A stretch of DNA of 32,000 nucleotides from Marinobacter sp. F3R11 (GTDB lineage: Bacteria > Pseudomonadota > Gammaproteobacteria > Pseudomonadales > Oleiphilaceae), in contig NZ_QOCH01000013.1 in the NCBI RefSeq assembly GCF_003318275.1, forward strand, positions 463,152-495,151, written 5' to 3'. Shown piece after piece: positions 24,278 through 32,000 of the stretch. The position numbers and the translations under genes were made by a program. Positions within the stretch are counted from its first letter, which is position 1, and every line of letters begins with the position of its first letter. The notes beneath the pieces were generated by a model, which searched no databases, was not told where the DNA came from, and saw nothing but the letters and a program-made list of their open reading frames with translations.

Positions 24278-25462
24278 TCAGGATAACTCATGTGGCTGAA
24301 TGGTTGTAATGAGGATGTTTTCATAACCCGACTTCAGCGCATTACAACTGAAACTTCGTACGTCCGGCACGCTCAACTGGCCTCCAGAGCCTTTGCCAGC
24401 CTGATTTTCAATCAGCGTCGCTGCATGCGCAGCCTCGGTCTGAATATCCTCACCACAATCCGGATACACATATTCCGGGGCAAACAATTCAGGGTAGACT
24501 TCACGTCCTGGCACGATGGGCACACATCCAGCAGCAACAGCCTCAAGTACCGCCAGCCCCTGAAATTCATGCAACGCGGTTGAAAGGACCACGTCTGCAC
24601 TCTTCAGCCACTGGTAATACTCGGTGCGACTTGAGGCATACCCAAACTGAACAAGCCGGTGGGAGAATTGCTGTCGAATACTCATCAGAGCTTCCGGTAT
24701 TTTTCGGAAACTCTCTCCAAGGATACACACCTGGAAATTCACCGCCCTGCGATCAAGCTCCTGCAAAATCGCGAGCAACCGATCGGGACCCTTGTCATAT
24801 TCCCAACGCGCAGCCCAGACAATTCTTAACGGCGACGAGCAGGTGCCGGATTCAGGGTTGCCACCCCATAACTGCTCCCGCTCCCCGGATCTATGGCCTT
24901 CAGATATGTGATGAAATACATCATCATCTATGGGAACGGGCATGACCCTGGATTTCTCAGCAATTTGTTCGGGCAGGCCCTCTGGTATGCCATCTGGCAA
25001 CCGGCGGAACAGCTTTTCAACACCCTCAAGGAAACTTCGCCGGTTCCATTCACTGTTGAACAGAACCACTTCGGCGGCGACAGCGCTGTACAGATTAACC
25101 ATTTGAGGATCAATGCTGCTGTGCTGATCATCGGATGTGGGATAGGCAAACTGGTTCTCATGCATATAGAGAAGCGCTGGCGTATGGGCGAGGTTCGGAT
25201 GAAAACCCCGGATTGACGCCAGGTCAACCATGGACGTCACCAGCAGGAGATCCCAGCTCTCCTTCAACAGAGGCTCGTTCAGCCAGGTAAGTGCGTTACC
25301 TCTGATCCGCCAGCGAAAGAACCTCGGCGACAAAGAAAGTACATGCCACTCAAATCCGGGCTGGCTGTGCACCAGCTGCTCTCGCCAACGACGATGGCTA
25401 CCAGCATCATAGGCGGAGAGCAGAAGTATTCTGGGTTTTCGGAGCGTGGACGTTCTGGGCAT
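24278..25462 (-). CDS. DUF3524-domain GT4-type glycosyltransferase (homologue of eukaryotic GTDC1-type enzymes)
   Basis: 394 aa. The N-terminus has 'ILLLSAYDAGSHRRW...FFRWRIRGNALTW' (the DUF3524 pattern, from memory). The C-terminus has the GT-B motif 'HEFQGLAVLEAVAAGCVPIVP'. It starts 14 nt after the upstream gene's stop. Confidence 0.78.
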   Translation of the reverse strand: MPRTSTLRKPRILLLSAYDAGSHRRWREQLVHSQPGFEWHVLSLSPRFFRWRIRGNALTWLNEPLLKESWDLLLVTSMVDLASIRGFHPNLAHTPALLYMHENQFAYPTSDDQHSSIDPQMVNLYSAVAAEVVLFNSEWNRRSFLEGVEKLFRRLPDGIPEGLPEQIAEKSRVMPVPIDDDVFHHISEGHRSGEREQLWGGNPESGTCSSPLRIVWAARWEYDKGPDRLLAILQELDRRAVNFQVCILGESFRKIPEALMSIRQQFSHRLVQFGYASSRTEYYQWLKSADVVLSTALHEFQGLAVLEAVAAGCVPIVPGREVYPELFAPEYVYPDCGEDIQTEAAHAATLIENQAGKGSGGQLSVPDVRSFSCNALKSGYENILITTIQPHELS

Positions 25463-25476
25463 GAAGGCATTCTGCC

Positions 25477-27207
25477 CTACTCCCGGTTGGACAACCAGAC
25501 ACTCTGATAAGGCTTGAGGGTGATAGAGCCCGAAAGATCGTCAATGGTTGTACCGGCAATAAGATCAACCCAGTGATCCGTACCTATCAGATTGATGTCA
25601 CTCAATGCCACCTGCTGCACCTCATCACTGATATTGTGAATACAGAAAATGGATTGGTCCCGCCGCATACTCTGACGCCAGAAGCCGAACAGTTTTAGCC
25701 CCAAATGCAAGGTGAACTGTGTCGCATTGGGATGGAAAGCTGGCTGTTTGCGCCGAATCCCAATCAGGCGTTTCAGTTCCTGGTAGGCTTTGCTGTGGTG
25801 ACTCAGCGGGTTTTTCAGCTCGCTTTCCAGATCCTCAAGCTGCCACTGGCTGCGATTGATTGAGCGCAGACGACCGGTATGTTCCACTCGCTCGACATCG
25901 TTTTCCGTCGCCAGCAGGCTGTGTATGTAAAAAGCGGGTATACCTTCCAGTGCTAGCATTACGGTGTGCGCACAGATGAACCGCTGCAACTGCCAATGGT
26001 CTGCTCCGTTCCCGGCAGTACCCTTCAGGGCATCATAAAGCGCAATATTGATCTCGTAAGGCTGATCCCTGCCATCGGATGTGCGCCTGAAAGAAACTTT
26101 ACCGCCGAACGACTCCATGGTGTTGACCAGTCGCTGCTTTTCTTCTTCAGTCAGCAACCCGTCTGTGGGCCGCATACCAATGCCGTCGTGAGACGCAATA
26201 AAGTTCAGATAGGTGGTCCCCATCTGTGCAGGTGGCATGCTCATCAGCCAGGTTTTCAAGTGCTTGCAGTCACCCGTGACCAGCGTATTGATCAGCAGCG
26301 GCGGCAACGAGAAGTTATAGATCACATGGGCTTCATTAGCGTTGCCGAAATACGTGAGATTCTCACGGTTGGGTACATTGGTTTCGGTAATGATTACAGA
26401 GTCCGGGCTGTGGTGTTCTATCAGCAAACGCAGAATCTTGATCAGTTCATGAGTCTGTTGCAGGTGAATACAAGGCGTTCCAGGTTCCTTCCACAGGAAC
26501 GCCACTGCATCAAACCGGAAAATCACCACACCCCGTTCGAGGTAATAACGGACTATGGCTGCGAACTCAATCAACACCTGAGGGTTGGCAAAGTTAAGGT
26601 CAACCTGGTCTTCGCTGAAGGTACACCAGACATAACGCTCGCCGTCGTCAGTCTGAACCGGCGTAAGCAATGGTGATGTGCGCGGCCTGACTACTGCACT
26701 CAAATCGTCCTTGGGATTGCCCTCAAAAAAATAGTCCTTGCCAGGATCAACCCGCTTCTTGAAATTCTCAAACCAGCGGCTGCGAGCTGACATATGATTG
26801 ATCACCAGATCGGCCATCAACTTGAAATCCTGCGCAATGGCTTCAATGTCTCCCCAGGTTCCGTGTGACTCATTGACTGCGAGGTAGTCCATCACAGAAA
26901 ACCCGTCGTCGGAACTGTACGGAAAGAAAGGCAGTATATGGACCGCAGAAATGCTGTCGGAAAGACAGTGATTCAGAAACTGATGCAATGTTGCTAAAGG
27001 CTTTTCACCCGCTTGCTGAACCGTATCTGCATAAGTGATCAGAAGAACGTCTGATTCAGACCAGCGGTTCTGATGCGCCGGTGGAGGAGACTGATCCGGT
27101 TGAAGCCCCATGGTTGTCAGTAGTTGGTCAGCGAGGAAGTCGCAATCCAGTGCCGGATAGACAGTTTCAAGCATGCTGACCAGTTTGGCCTTCAGTACCT
27201 GACTCAT
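25477..27207 (-). CDS. GH13 subfamily-18-like glucoside phosphorylase (sucrose-phosphorylase family; context suggests glucosylglycerate phosphorylase)
   Basis: 576 aa. GH13 conserved regions are 'DLVINHMS', 'IFRFDAVAFLWK', 'VIITETN' and 'FIASHDG'. The ATG overlaps the upstream gene's stop (ATGA). Confidence 0.8.
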   Translation of the reverse strand: MSQVLKAKLVSMLETVYPALDCDFLADQLLTTMGLQPDQSPPPAHQNRWSESDVLLITYADTVQQAGEKPLATLHQFLNHCLSDSISAVHILPFFPYSSDDGFSVMDYLAVNESHGTWGDIEAIAQDFKLMADLVINHMSARSRWFENFKKRVDPGKDYFFEGNPKDDLSAVVRPRTSPLLTPVQTDDGERYVWCTFSEDQVDLNFANPQVLIEFAAIVRYYLERGVVIFRFDAVAFLWKEPGTPCIHLQQTHELIKILRLLIEHHSPDSVIITETNVPNRENLTYFGNANEAHVIYNFSLPPLLINTLVTGDCKHLKTWLMSMPPAQMGTTYLNFIASHDGIGMRPTDGLLTEEEKQRLVNTMESFGGKVSFRRTSDGRDQPYEINIALYDALKGTAGNGADHWQLQRFICAHTVMLALEGIPAFYIHSLLATENDVERVEHTGRLRSINRSQWQLEDLESELKNPLSHHSKAYQELKRLIGIRRKQPAFHPNATQFTLHLGLKLFGFWRQSMRRDQSIFCIHNISDEVQQVALSDINLIGTDHWVDLIAGTTIDDLSGSITLKPYQSVWLSNRE

Positions 27208-28427
27208 GGCCGATACTCCTTATTGTCCAGGTCCACAGCCTCCAGCAGTTGCTCCTTGATATCCGGAATCGCACTGGTTACCCGGTTCCAGCTTGGAATA
27301 AAGGGCGTATCCATCGGATTTTCAAGAAAGTACGCTCCTGCACTCATCACGTTCTGGGCAAACAGTTCAACTGCCTTCTCTTCCTTATGTCGATCAAACA
27401 CAAGACCGTTGATGATTGCATCATTCTGATAGGTCTCTACAAAATCCAGGGCAATGCGGAAATAGGTAGCCTTGATGGTCCGGAATTTCTCGCTTGAGAA
27501 TATCTCGCCATTCGTTGCCAGTTTCCTGAACAGCGCCTTGGCAATATCCACACTCATCTTGGACAGACCCTGGCTGGCATCTTCCGGTGAGAGTTCCTGA
27601 TGTTTGTGATCGTATACATCGGCAATGTCTACCTGACATAACCTGTTGGTGGCATAGTTCCGCTTCATTTCCGAGAGCACGCCAATTTCCAGACCCCAGT
27701 CACTGGGGATACGGAGATCGTTAATTACATCGGTGCGGAAGGAAAACTCTCCGGCAAGGGGGTAGCGGTAACTGTCCAGATAATCCAGGAAATCGCTGGG
27801 GCCACATACTTTTTTCAGGGCGCGAATCAGGGGAGTCACCAGCAGGCGACTGACACGCCCGTTCATCTTCCCGTCTGCCACCCGGGCGTAGTAGCCCTTG
27901 CAGAACATGTAATTGAATCCAGGGTTGGCCACCGGGTAGATCAGGCGCGCCACAAGGTCCCGTGAATAGGTAAGAATGTCACAATCATGCAGTGCAACAG
28001 ACTCGCTCACTCCGGAGGCCAATACATAGCCAAAGCAATACCATACATTGCGCCCCTTACCCATTTCTGTAGGCGCCAGATTCTTCTCACGAAGTTTCTG
28101 ATCAATGGCTCGAAGGCGCGGCCCATCATTCCAGAGAACCTTGAAGTTTTGGGGAAGTTCAGAGAAATATTCCAGTGCATGGCGATATTGCTCTTCGTTG
28201 GCCCGATCCAGACCGATAATGATTTCGTCCAGATAAGGCACTTTCGTGAGTTCATGCACGATATTCTTTAACGCCGGCCCTTCCAGTTCGGAATACAACG
28301 ACGGCAACACAAGAGACATCGGCCGCGACTTGCGAAACGTCATCAACTCGGCCTCCAGATCCTCTACAGGCCGGCGAACAAGATTATGCAGTGTGGTAAC
28401 AATGCCATTCTGGTAAAAGTCGCCCAT
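27204..28427 (-). CDS. gpgS: Glucosyl-3-phosphoglycerate synthase-like glycosyltransferase (GpgS/MpgS family)
   Basis: 407 aa with 'GKGRNVW' and the DXD-like 'ALHDCDI'. A strong SD 'aaggaga' precedes it. It is flanked by an MPGP-family phosphatase and a glycerate kinase. Sugar specificity cannot be determined from the sequence alone. Confidence 0.65.
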   Translation of the reverse strand: MGDFYQNGIVTTLHNLVRRPVEDLEAELMTFRKSRPMSLVLPSLYSELEGPALKNIVHELTKVPYLDEIIIGLDRANEEQYRHALEYFSELPQNFKVLWNDGPRLRAIDQKLREKNLAPTEMGKGRNVWYCFGYVLASGVSESVALHDCDILTYSRDLVARLIYPVANPGFNYMFCKGYYARVADGKMNGRVSRLLVTPLIRALKKVCGPSDFLDYLDSYRYPLAGEFSFRTDVINDLRIPSDWGLEIGVLSEMKRNYATNRLCQVDIADVYDHKHQELSPEDASQGLSKMSVDIAKALFRKLATNGEIFSSEKFRTIKATYFRIALDFVETYQNDAIINGLVFDRHKEEKAVELFAQNVMSAGAYFLENPMDTPFIPSWNRVTSAIPDIKEQLLEAVDLDNKEYRP

Positions 28428-28447
28428 GGCGATTCTCCTTTGTTGTA

Positions 28448-29263
28448 CTAATACCCATACTCAAACAGGAGATTGAGTACACACTCATTCCAGCCTTCCG
28501 GGCCAGGTTTGAGAGAGCGCATAGCGTGCTTCTCTGAGGGTAACTGCACCTCACTACTGTTAACTCCACGAATAACGACGGGGATATCTGCCTCCTCCAG
28601 CATTTGCTGATCATTGGGACTGTCTCCCAAGGCAATGGCCGTCACTCTTTCGTCACCATAGAGCTCCTGATACTGCTCTCTGTATTTGTTTTGCAAAAAC
28701 CGGGCCCCATCGGCCTTATCAAAAATACCCATGGCGTGATAGAAGCGACCACCTTTAACAAGCCGCAGGTTTTCAGCGCCCAGTGCCGCCTCAAAGCTTA
28801 CCCTCTCCTCCTCGCTGCCCTCCCACAAAAGCGGCTCAGTCCCCAGACGCTGCCGGGCTCGTGCCGCCGATTCAAGGTCCAGCCCTGTGAACTGAGCCAA
28901 TTCTTCATCAGACATATCCGCAAAGCCCCGAAAACGTGCGCCACTTGCTCTTTGCGCCTCCAGCACCTTCAGCACTTCAGTCCGGGACGCCCCAAAATGC
29001 ACAATCTGCTCACTTTCATTCCCGAAAGTACCCGCCGGAACAACCACAGCGGCGCTGTTTTCTACTATGAAAGGGTCGGTGTTTCCCAACTGCTGACGTA
29101 CTACCCGAATTTCCGAAGCCGTTTTACTGGAGTTAAGGATCAGCGGAATACCTGCCTCCTCAACGCGCTTCAACGCCGGCATAGCCTGCTGCCAACCGTA
29201 GTTTTCATGATTCAGCAGGGTTCCATCCAGATCCGAAAATATGATCAGCCGTGTTCTGGCCAT
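28448..29263 (-). CDS. HAD-IIB phosphatase of the mannosyl/glucosyl-3-phosphoglycerate phosphatase family (YedP-like)
   Basis: 271 aa with HAD motifs 'FSDLDGTLL', 'LNSSKT' and 'GDSPND'. Confidence 0.8.
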   Translation of the reverse strand: MARTRLIIFSDLDGTLLNHENYGWQQAMPALKRVEEAGIPLILNSSKTASEIRVVRQQLGNTDPFIVENSAAVVVPAGTFGNESEQIVHFGASRTEVLKVLEAQRASGARFRGFADMSDEELAQFTGLDLESAARARQRLGTEPLLWEGSEEERVSFEAALGAENLRLVKGGRFYHAMGIFDKADGARFLQNKYREQYQELYGDERVTAIALGDSPNDQQMLEEADIPVVIRGVNSSEVQLPSEKHAMRSLKPGPEGWNECVLNLLFEYGY

Positions 29264-29274
29264 GAAAGCATCCT

Positions 29275-30252
29275 TTATGTCGTTGTGCGGAAATGAGGGC
29301 TGCTAAGCGAGTGGTCCCCCGAGACCTGAATCAGTGCATCAGCGCGGTCCGGAAGCTTCTGAAGACAGGATCGGGTCACACGTTCGTAATGCATAACAAA
29401 ACGGATGACCTCCTGATCACTCATAATGCGCAAATCCCGTGCAGCCAGATCCGCATCGCCCTCATCTGGTGCATTGCCTGTTTTTTTCGCCAGCTTGTGC
29501 TCCTGCAGCGTGCGCCATTCCAGAACCCTCTCCAGTGACGGCGCCTGCAGCATAATAAGACAGTCAAGTGCACTGAAAAAATCCTGGTATGTGCTTTTCA
29601 GGCACTGGTTTACATACCTTCGCCACACTCCCGATGGGTCCTCCTCCGCTTCCAGCTTATTCAATGGGGCGACAAGAGCGCTATCGTCTTCGGGTAAAGC
29701 ACCAAGACACCAGCCTTCAACAAGAATAACCTCTGCCCGACCCTCAAAAACAGGCCATTCATTCATGGGAAGACGATCGTCATGAGACTTGTCGAATGCA
29801 GGGATAGGGGTCTTATCTCCAGGCCCCGCATGCCGGAGTTGGTCAATGACACCTTCCCCTAGCTTTACATCGTGTGTTCCTGGAACGCCCCGGGTAATAA
29901 ACAGCGGGTGTACCTGTTCAGCAAGTACCTGTCTTTCAGCTCTGGTAAGGTAGATGTCATCCAGCGAAAAACTCGCGGTCGGGCAGTTCCAGTGGTCACA
30001 TAGCAGCTTCGTAAGGAACAGTACCAGGGTAGATTTACCGGTGCCCTGAGCGCCATGAACGCCTACAACAATGGTTCTGCCTTTCGCCTTCCTCAACGAA
30101 ACAATATGCTCTACCAGAGGGAGGATGGTCTGTTCTACGGTAGCAGCGTAGTTGTGAGGGAGTCCTTCTTGCTCAATCAAGGCATCAATCGTTGGTTTAA
30201 GCTCATGGTCAGACACGTTAAAGTTCCCGTCTTTGATGAATGTGTTAATCAA
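29275..30252 (-). CDS. D-glycerate 3-kinase, P-loop (plant/cyanobacterial GLYK type)
   Basis: P-loop 'GVHGAQGTGKSTL' followed by 'FSLDDIYLTRAERQ...LFITRGVPGTHD'. There is no in-frame ATG near the 5' end. The tracked start at 30252 is a TTG and a GTG at 30216 is an alternative, so the 5' end is uncertain. Confidence 0.72.
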   Translation of the reverse strand: MINTFIKDGNFNVSDHELKPTIDALIEQEGLPHNYAATVEQTILPLVEHIVSLRKAKGRTIVVGVHGAQGTGKSTLVLFLTKLLCDHWNCPTASFSLDDIYLTRAERQVLAEQVHPLFITRGVPGTHDVKLGEGVIDQLRHAGPGDKTPIPAFDKSHDDRLPMNEWPVFEGRAEVILVEGWCLGALPEDDSALVAPLNKLEAEEDPSGVWRRYVNQCLKSTYQDFFSALDCLIMLQAPSLERVLEWRTLQEHKLAKKTGNAPDEGDADLAARDLRIMSDQEVIRFVMHYERVTRSCLQKLPDRADALIQVSGDHSLSSPHFRTTT

Positions 30253-30293
30253 GTATTCAGCAGAATCCGTACCACACTGGAGTATAGGTGCAT

Positions 30294-31748
30294 ATGAGCA
30301 ACAAGGGTTTTCGCATAGAGCATCGCTACCTGGAACTCCCGGACAGTTTCTACACTCGTGTACAACCCACTCCGCTCAAAGATGCCAGAATAGCCTGTTT
30401 TAACCACAAGCTGGCTGAAAAAATGGGCTTCCATGTCAGCAATGAAGCCGACTGGGCCGGAATTGGCGGGGGCACGGAGCTACTTGAGGGCATGGACCCG
30501 GTTGCCATGAAATACACTGGTCATCAGTTCGGAATGTACAACCCGGAACTGGGTGATGGCCGGGGCCTTCTTTTGTGGGAAACCATCGGCCCCGATGGCC
30601 GCCGCTGGGACTGGCACCTGAAAGGCGCTGGCATGACCCCCTATTCCCGCTTTGGGGATGGACGTGCAGTTTTACGCTCAACCATTCGCGAATACCTGTG
30701 TAGCGAGGCCATGAACGGGCTGGGCATTCCAACCACCCGGGCCCTGTTTATGGTCAGTGCCCGGGACCCGGTACGCAGGGAATCCATTGAAACCGCAGCG
30801 GCTCTGGTGCGCGTTGCCCAGAGCCATATCCGCTTTGGTCACTTTGAGTTTGCAGCACACCACGAAGGCCCGGAAGCAGTCAAAACGTTACTGGAGCATG
30901 TTATCGCGCTCTACTTTCCGCATCTTATCAAGCTTGCCGGGGAAGAACGTTACGCCCGCTGGTTTGAAGAAGTCGTAGAGCGTACGGCCCGGCTTATCGC
31001 CGACTGGCAGGCGGTAGGGTTCTGCCATGGCGTTATGAACAGCGACAACATGTCCATCGTCGGGGATACGTTCGACTACGGGCCTTTCGCATTTCTCGAC
31101 GACTTTGATGCCGGGTACATCTGCAATCACACCGACCAGGGCGGCCGGTACGCCTATAACCGCCAGCCGCAGGTAGGCTTTGCAAACTGCCAGTATCTTG
31201 CCAATGCTCTGCTGCCGGTGATGGATGAAAACACCATTCGCAACAGTCTGCAGCGCTACGAATCCGCCTATAACGAGCGTTTTTTACAGAACATGCGAGA
31301 CAAGCTGGGGCTGGCACAGGAAGACGAAGGCGATCTGGGCCTGATTATGGACACCTTCAGCATGCTCAACGAACAACATACCGACTACACGGCTTTTTTC
31401 CGGGCACTATCGAACCTGTATGCCCAGGGTCATGCGCCCGTGCGGGATCTGTTTGTGAATCGTGAAATTGCTGACGAGTGGCTGGCACGCTATGAAGGGC
31501 GTCTGAAAAAAGAGACCCGCGCCCACGATGAGCGTGAGTACGAAATGCGACGGGTAAATCCAAAATACATTTTGCGGAACTATCTGGCACACAAAGTGAT
31601 TCTGGAAGCACAGAATGGCGATTTCGAACCCATGAAGGAGCTGATTAAAGTTCTGGAGCGGCCATATGACGAACAATCAGAGCATGAACACTACGCTGCA
31701 CTGCCACCCGACTGGGGAAAACATATGAATATCAGCTGTTCAAGCTAG
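30294..31748 (+). CDS. selO: Protein adenylyltransferase SelO (YdiU/UPF0061)
   Basis: 'YTGHQFGMYNPELGDGRGLLL', 'LKGAGMTPYSR' and 'HGVMNSDNMSIVGDTFDYGPFAF'. The ATG at 30294 is preferred over the tracked GTG at 30288. Confidence 0.92.
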   Translation: MSNKGFRIEHRYLELPDSFYTRVQPTPLKDARIACFNHKLAEKMGFHVSNEADWAGIGGGTELLEGMDPVAMKYTGHQFGMYNPELGDGRGLLLWETIGPDGRRWDWHLKGAGMTPYSRFGDGRAVLRSTIREYLCSEAMNGLGIPTTRALFMVSARDPVRRESIETAAALVRVAQSHIRFGHFEFAAHHEGPEAVKTLLEHVIALYFPHLIKLAGEERYARWFEEVVERTARLIADWQAVGFCHGVMNSDNMSIVGDTFDYGPFAFLDDFDAGYICNHTDQGGRYAYNRQPQVGFANCQYLANALLPVMDENTIRNSLQRYESAYNERFLQNMRDKLGLAQEDEGDLGLIMDTFSMLNEQHTDYTAFFRALSNLYAQGHAPVRDLFVNREIADEWLARYEGRLKKETRAHDEREYEMRRVNPKYILRNYLAHKVILEAQNGDFEPMKELIKVLERPYDEQSEHEHYAALPPDWGKHMNISCSS

Positions 31749-31770
31749 AGAAACAACAGTCAGAAAGGTG

Positions 31771-31809
31771 AAGCGAGGGCCAGACATTACATTCCGGCCC
31801 TCGCTTTTA
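31771..31809. terminator. Bidirectional intrinsic terminator
   Basis: Stem aagcgagggcc (31771-31781) / ggccctcgctt (31796-31806) followed by tta (31807-31809), so the run ctcgcttttaa reads as a T-tract. It lies between selO and a convergent partial ORF. Confidence 0.6.
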
Positions 31810-31823
31810 ATGCTCAGCTAACC

Positions 31824-32000
31824 TCAGACTGCCTTGGCCGCAATGATTTTCTCATGCCACTCGGCGGGGCCGGTCTGATGCACGGAAGATCCACGGGAAT
31901 CCACCGCAACTGTCACCGGCATATCTTCCACCTCAAACTCGTAAATAGCTTCCATTCCCAGTTCCGGGAATGCAACCACTTCCGCATGTTTGATAGCTTT
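31824..32000 (-). CDS. C-terminal 58 codons of an unidentified protein (5' end outside the window)
   Basis: The frame is open from the window edge to a TGA at 31824-31826. It translates as KAIKHAEVVAFPELGMEAIYEFEVEDMPVTVAVDSRGSSVHQTGPAEWHEKIIAAKAV. It is absent from the ORF track, presumably because it is under 60 aa. I do not recognise a family. Confidence 0.35.
   Translation of the reverse strand, partial: KAIKHAEVVAFPELGMEAIYEFEVEDMPVTVAVDSRGSSVHQTGPAEWHEKIIAAKAV

Noticed and set aside
25966-26676. 236-aa plus-strand ORF
   Set aside because: It is antisense to the GH13 phosphorylase, whose four conserved regions validate the minus-strand frame.
28604-29296. 230-aa plus-strand ORF
   Set aside because: It is antisense to the HAD phosphatase, which has complete DxDxT / S-T / GDxxND motifs.

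Overview
This looks like a gammaproteobacterial chromosome segment; the gene order resembles Marinobacter/Pseudomonas-type genomes, but the taxon is inference only. All calls come from reading the six-frame ORF track and the DNA by eye. No searches or structure predictions were run.

Left third (1-12.6 kb), core genes: glnD (5'-partial), dapC, yffB, dapD, dapE, slyX, a membrane-anchored cold-shock-domain protein, a truncated ClpB-like ATPase with an overlapping small ORF, gloA, a DUF1853 protein and an LplT-acyltransferase fusion.

Middle (about 13.0-22.05 kb, all on the minus strand): a type VI secretion (T6SS) auxiliary cargo island. It runs vgrG -> DUF4123 adaptor -> 1634-aa Rhs polymorphic toxin with an unassigned 173-aa C-terminal toxin -> small overlapping immunity gene -> hairpin -> decayed orphan rhs C-terminal module with its own intact small immunity gene. 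A 327-bp direct repeat links the orphan to the main rhs gene. I saw no PAAR gene, no T6SS core gene, and no integrase or transposase in the window.

Right third (22.2-32 kb): two MDR-type NAD(P)H oxidoreductases, then a tightly packed minus-strand operon. The operon encodes plant-type glycerate 3-kinase, an MPGP-family HAD phosphatase, a GpgS/MpgS-like glycosyltransferase, a GH13_18 phosphorylase and a DUF3524 glycosyltransferase, which fits a glucosylglycerate-type compatible-solute synthesis and recycling cluster. After it come selO and a short partial ORF.

I recognised no rRNA, tRNA, CRISPR array or IS element.
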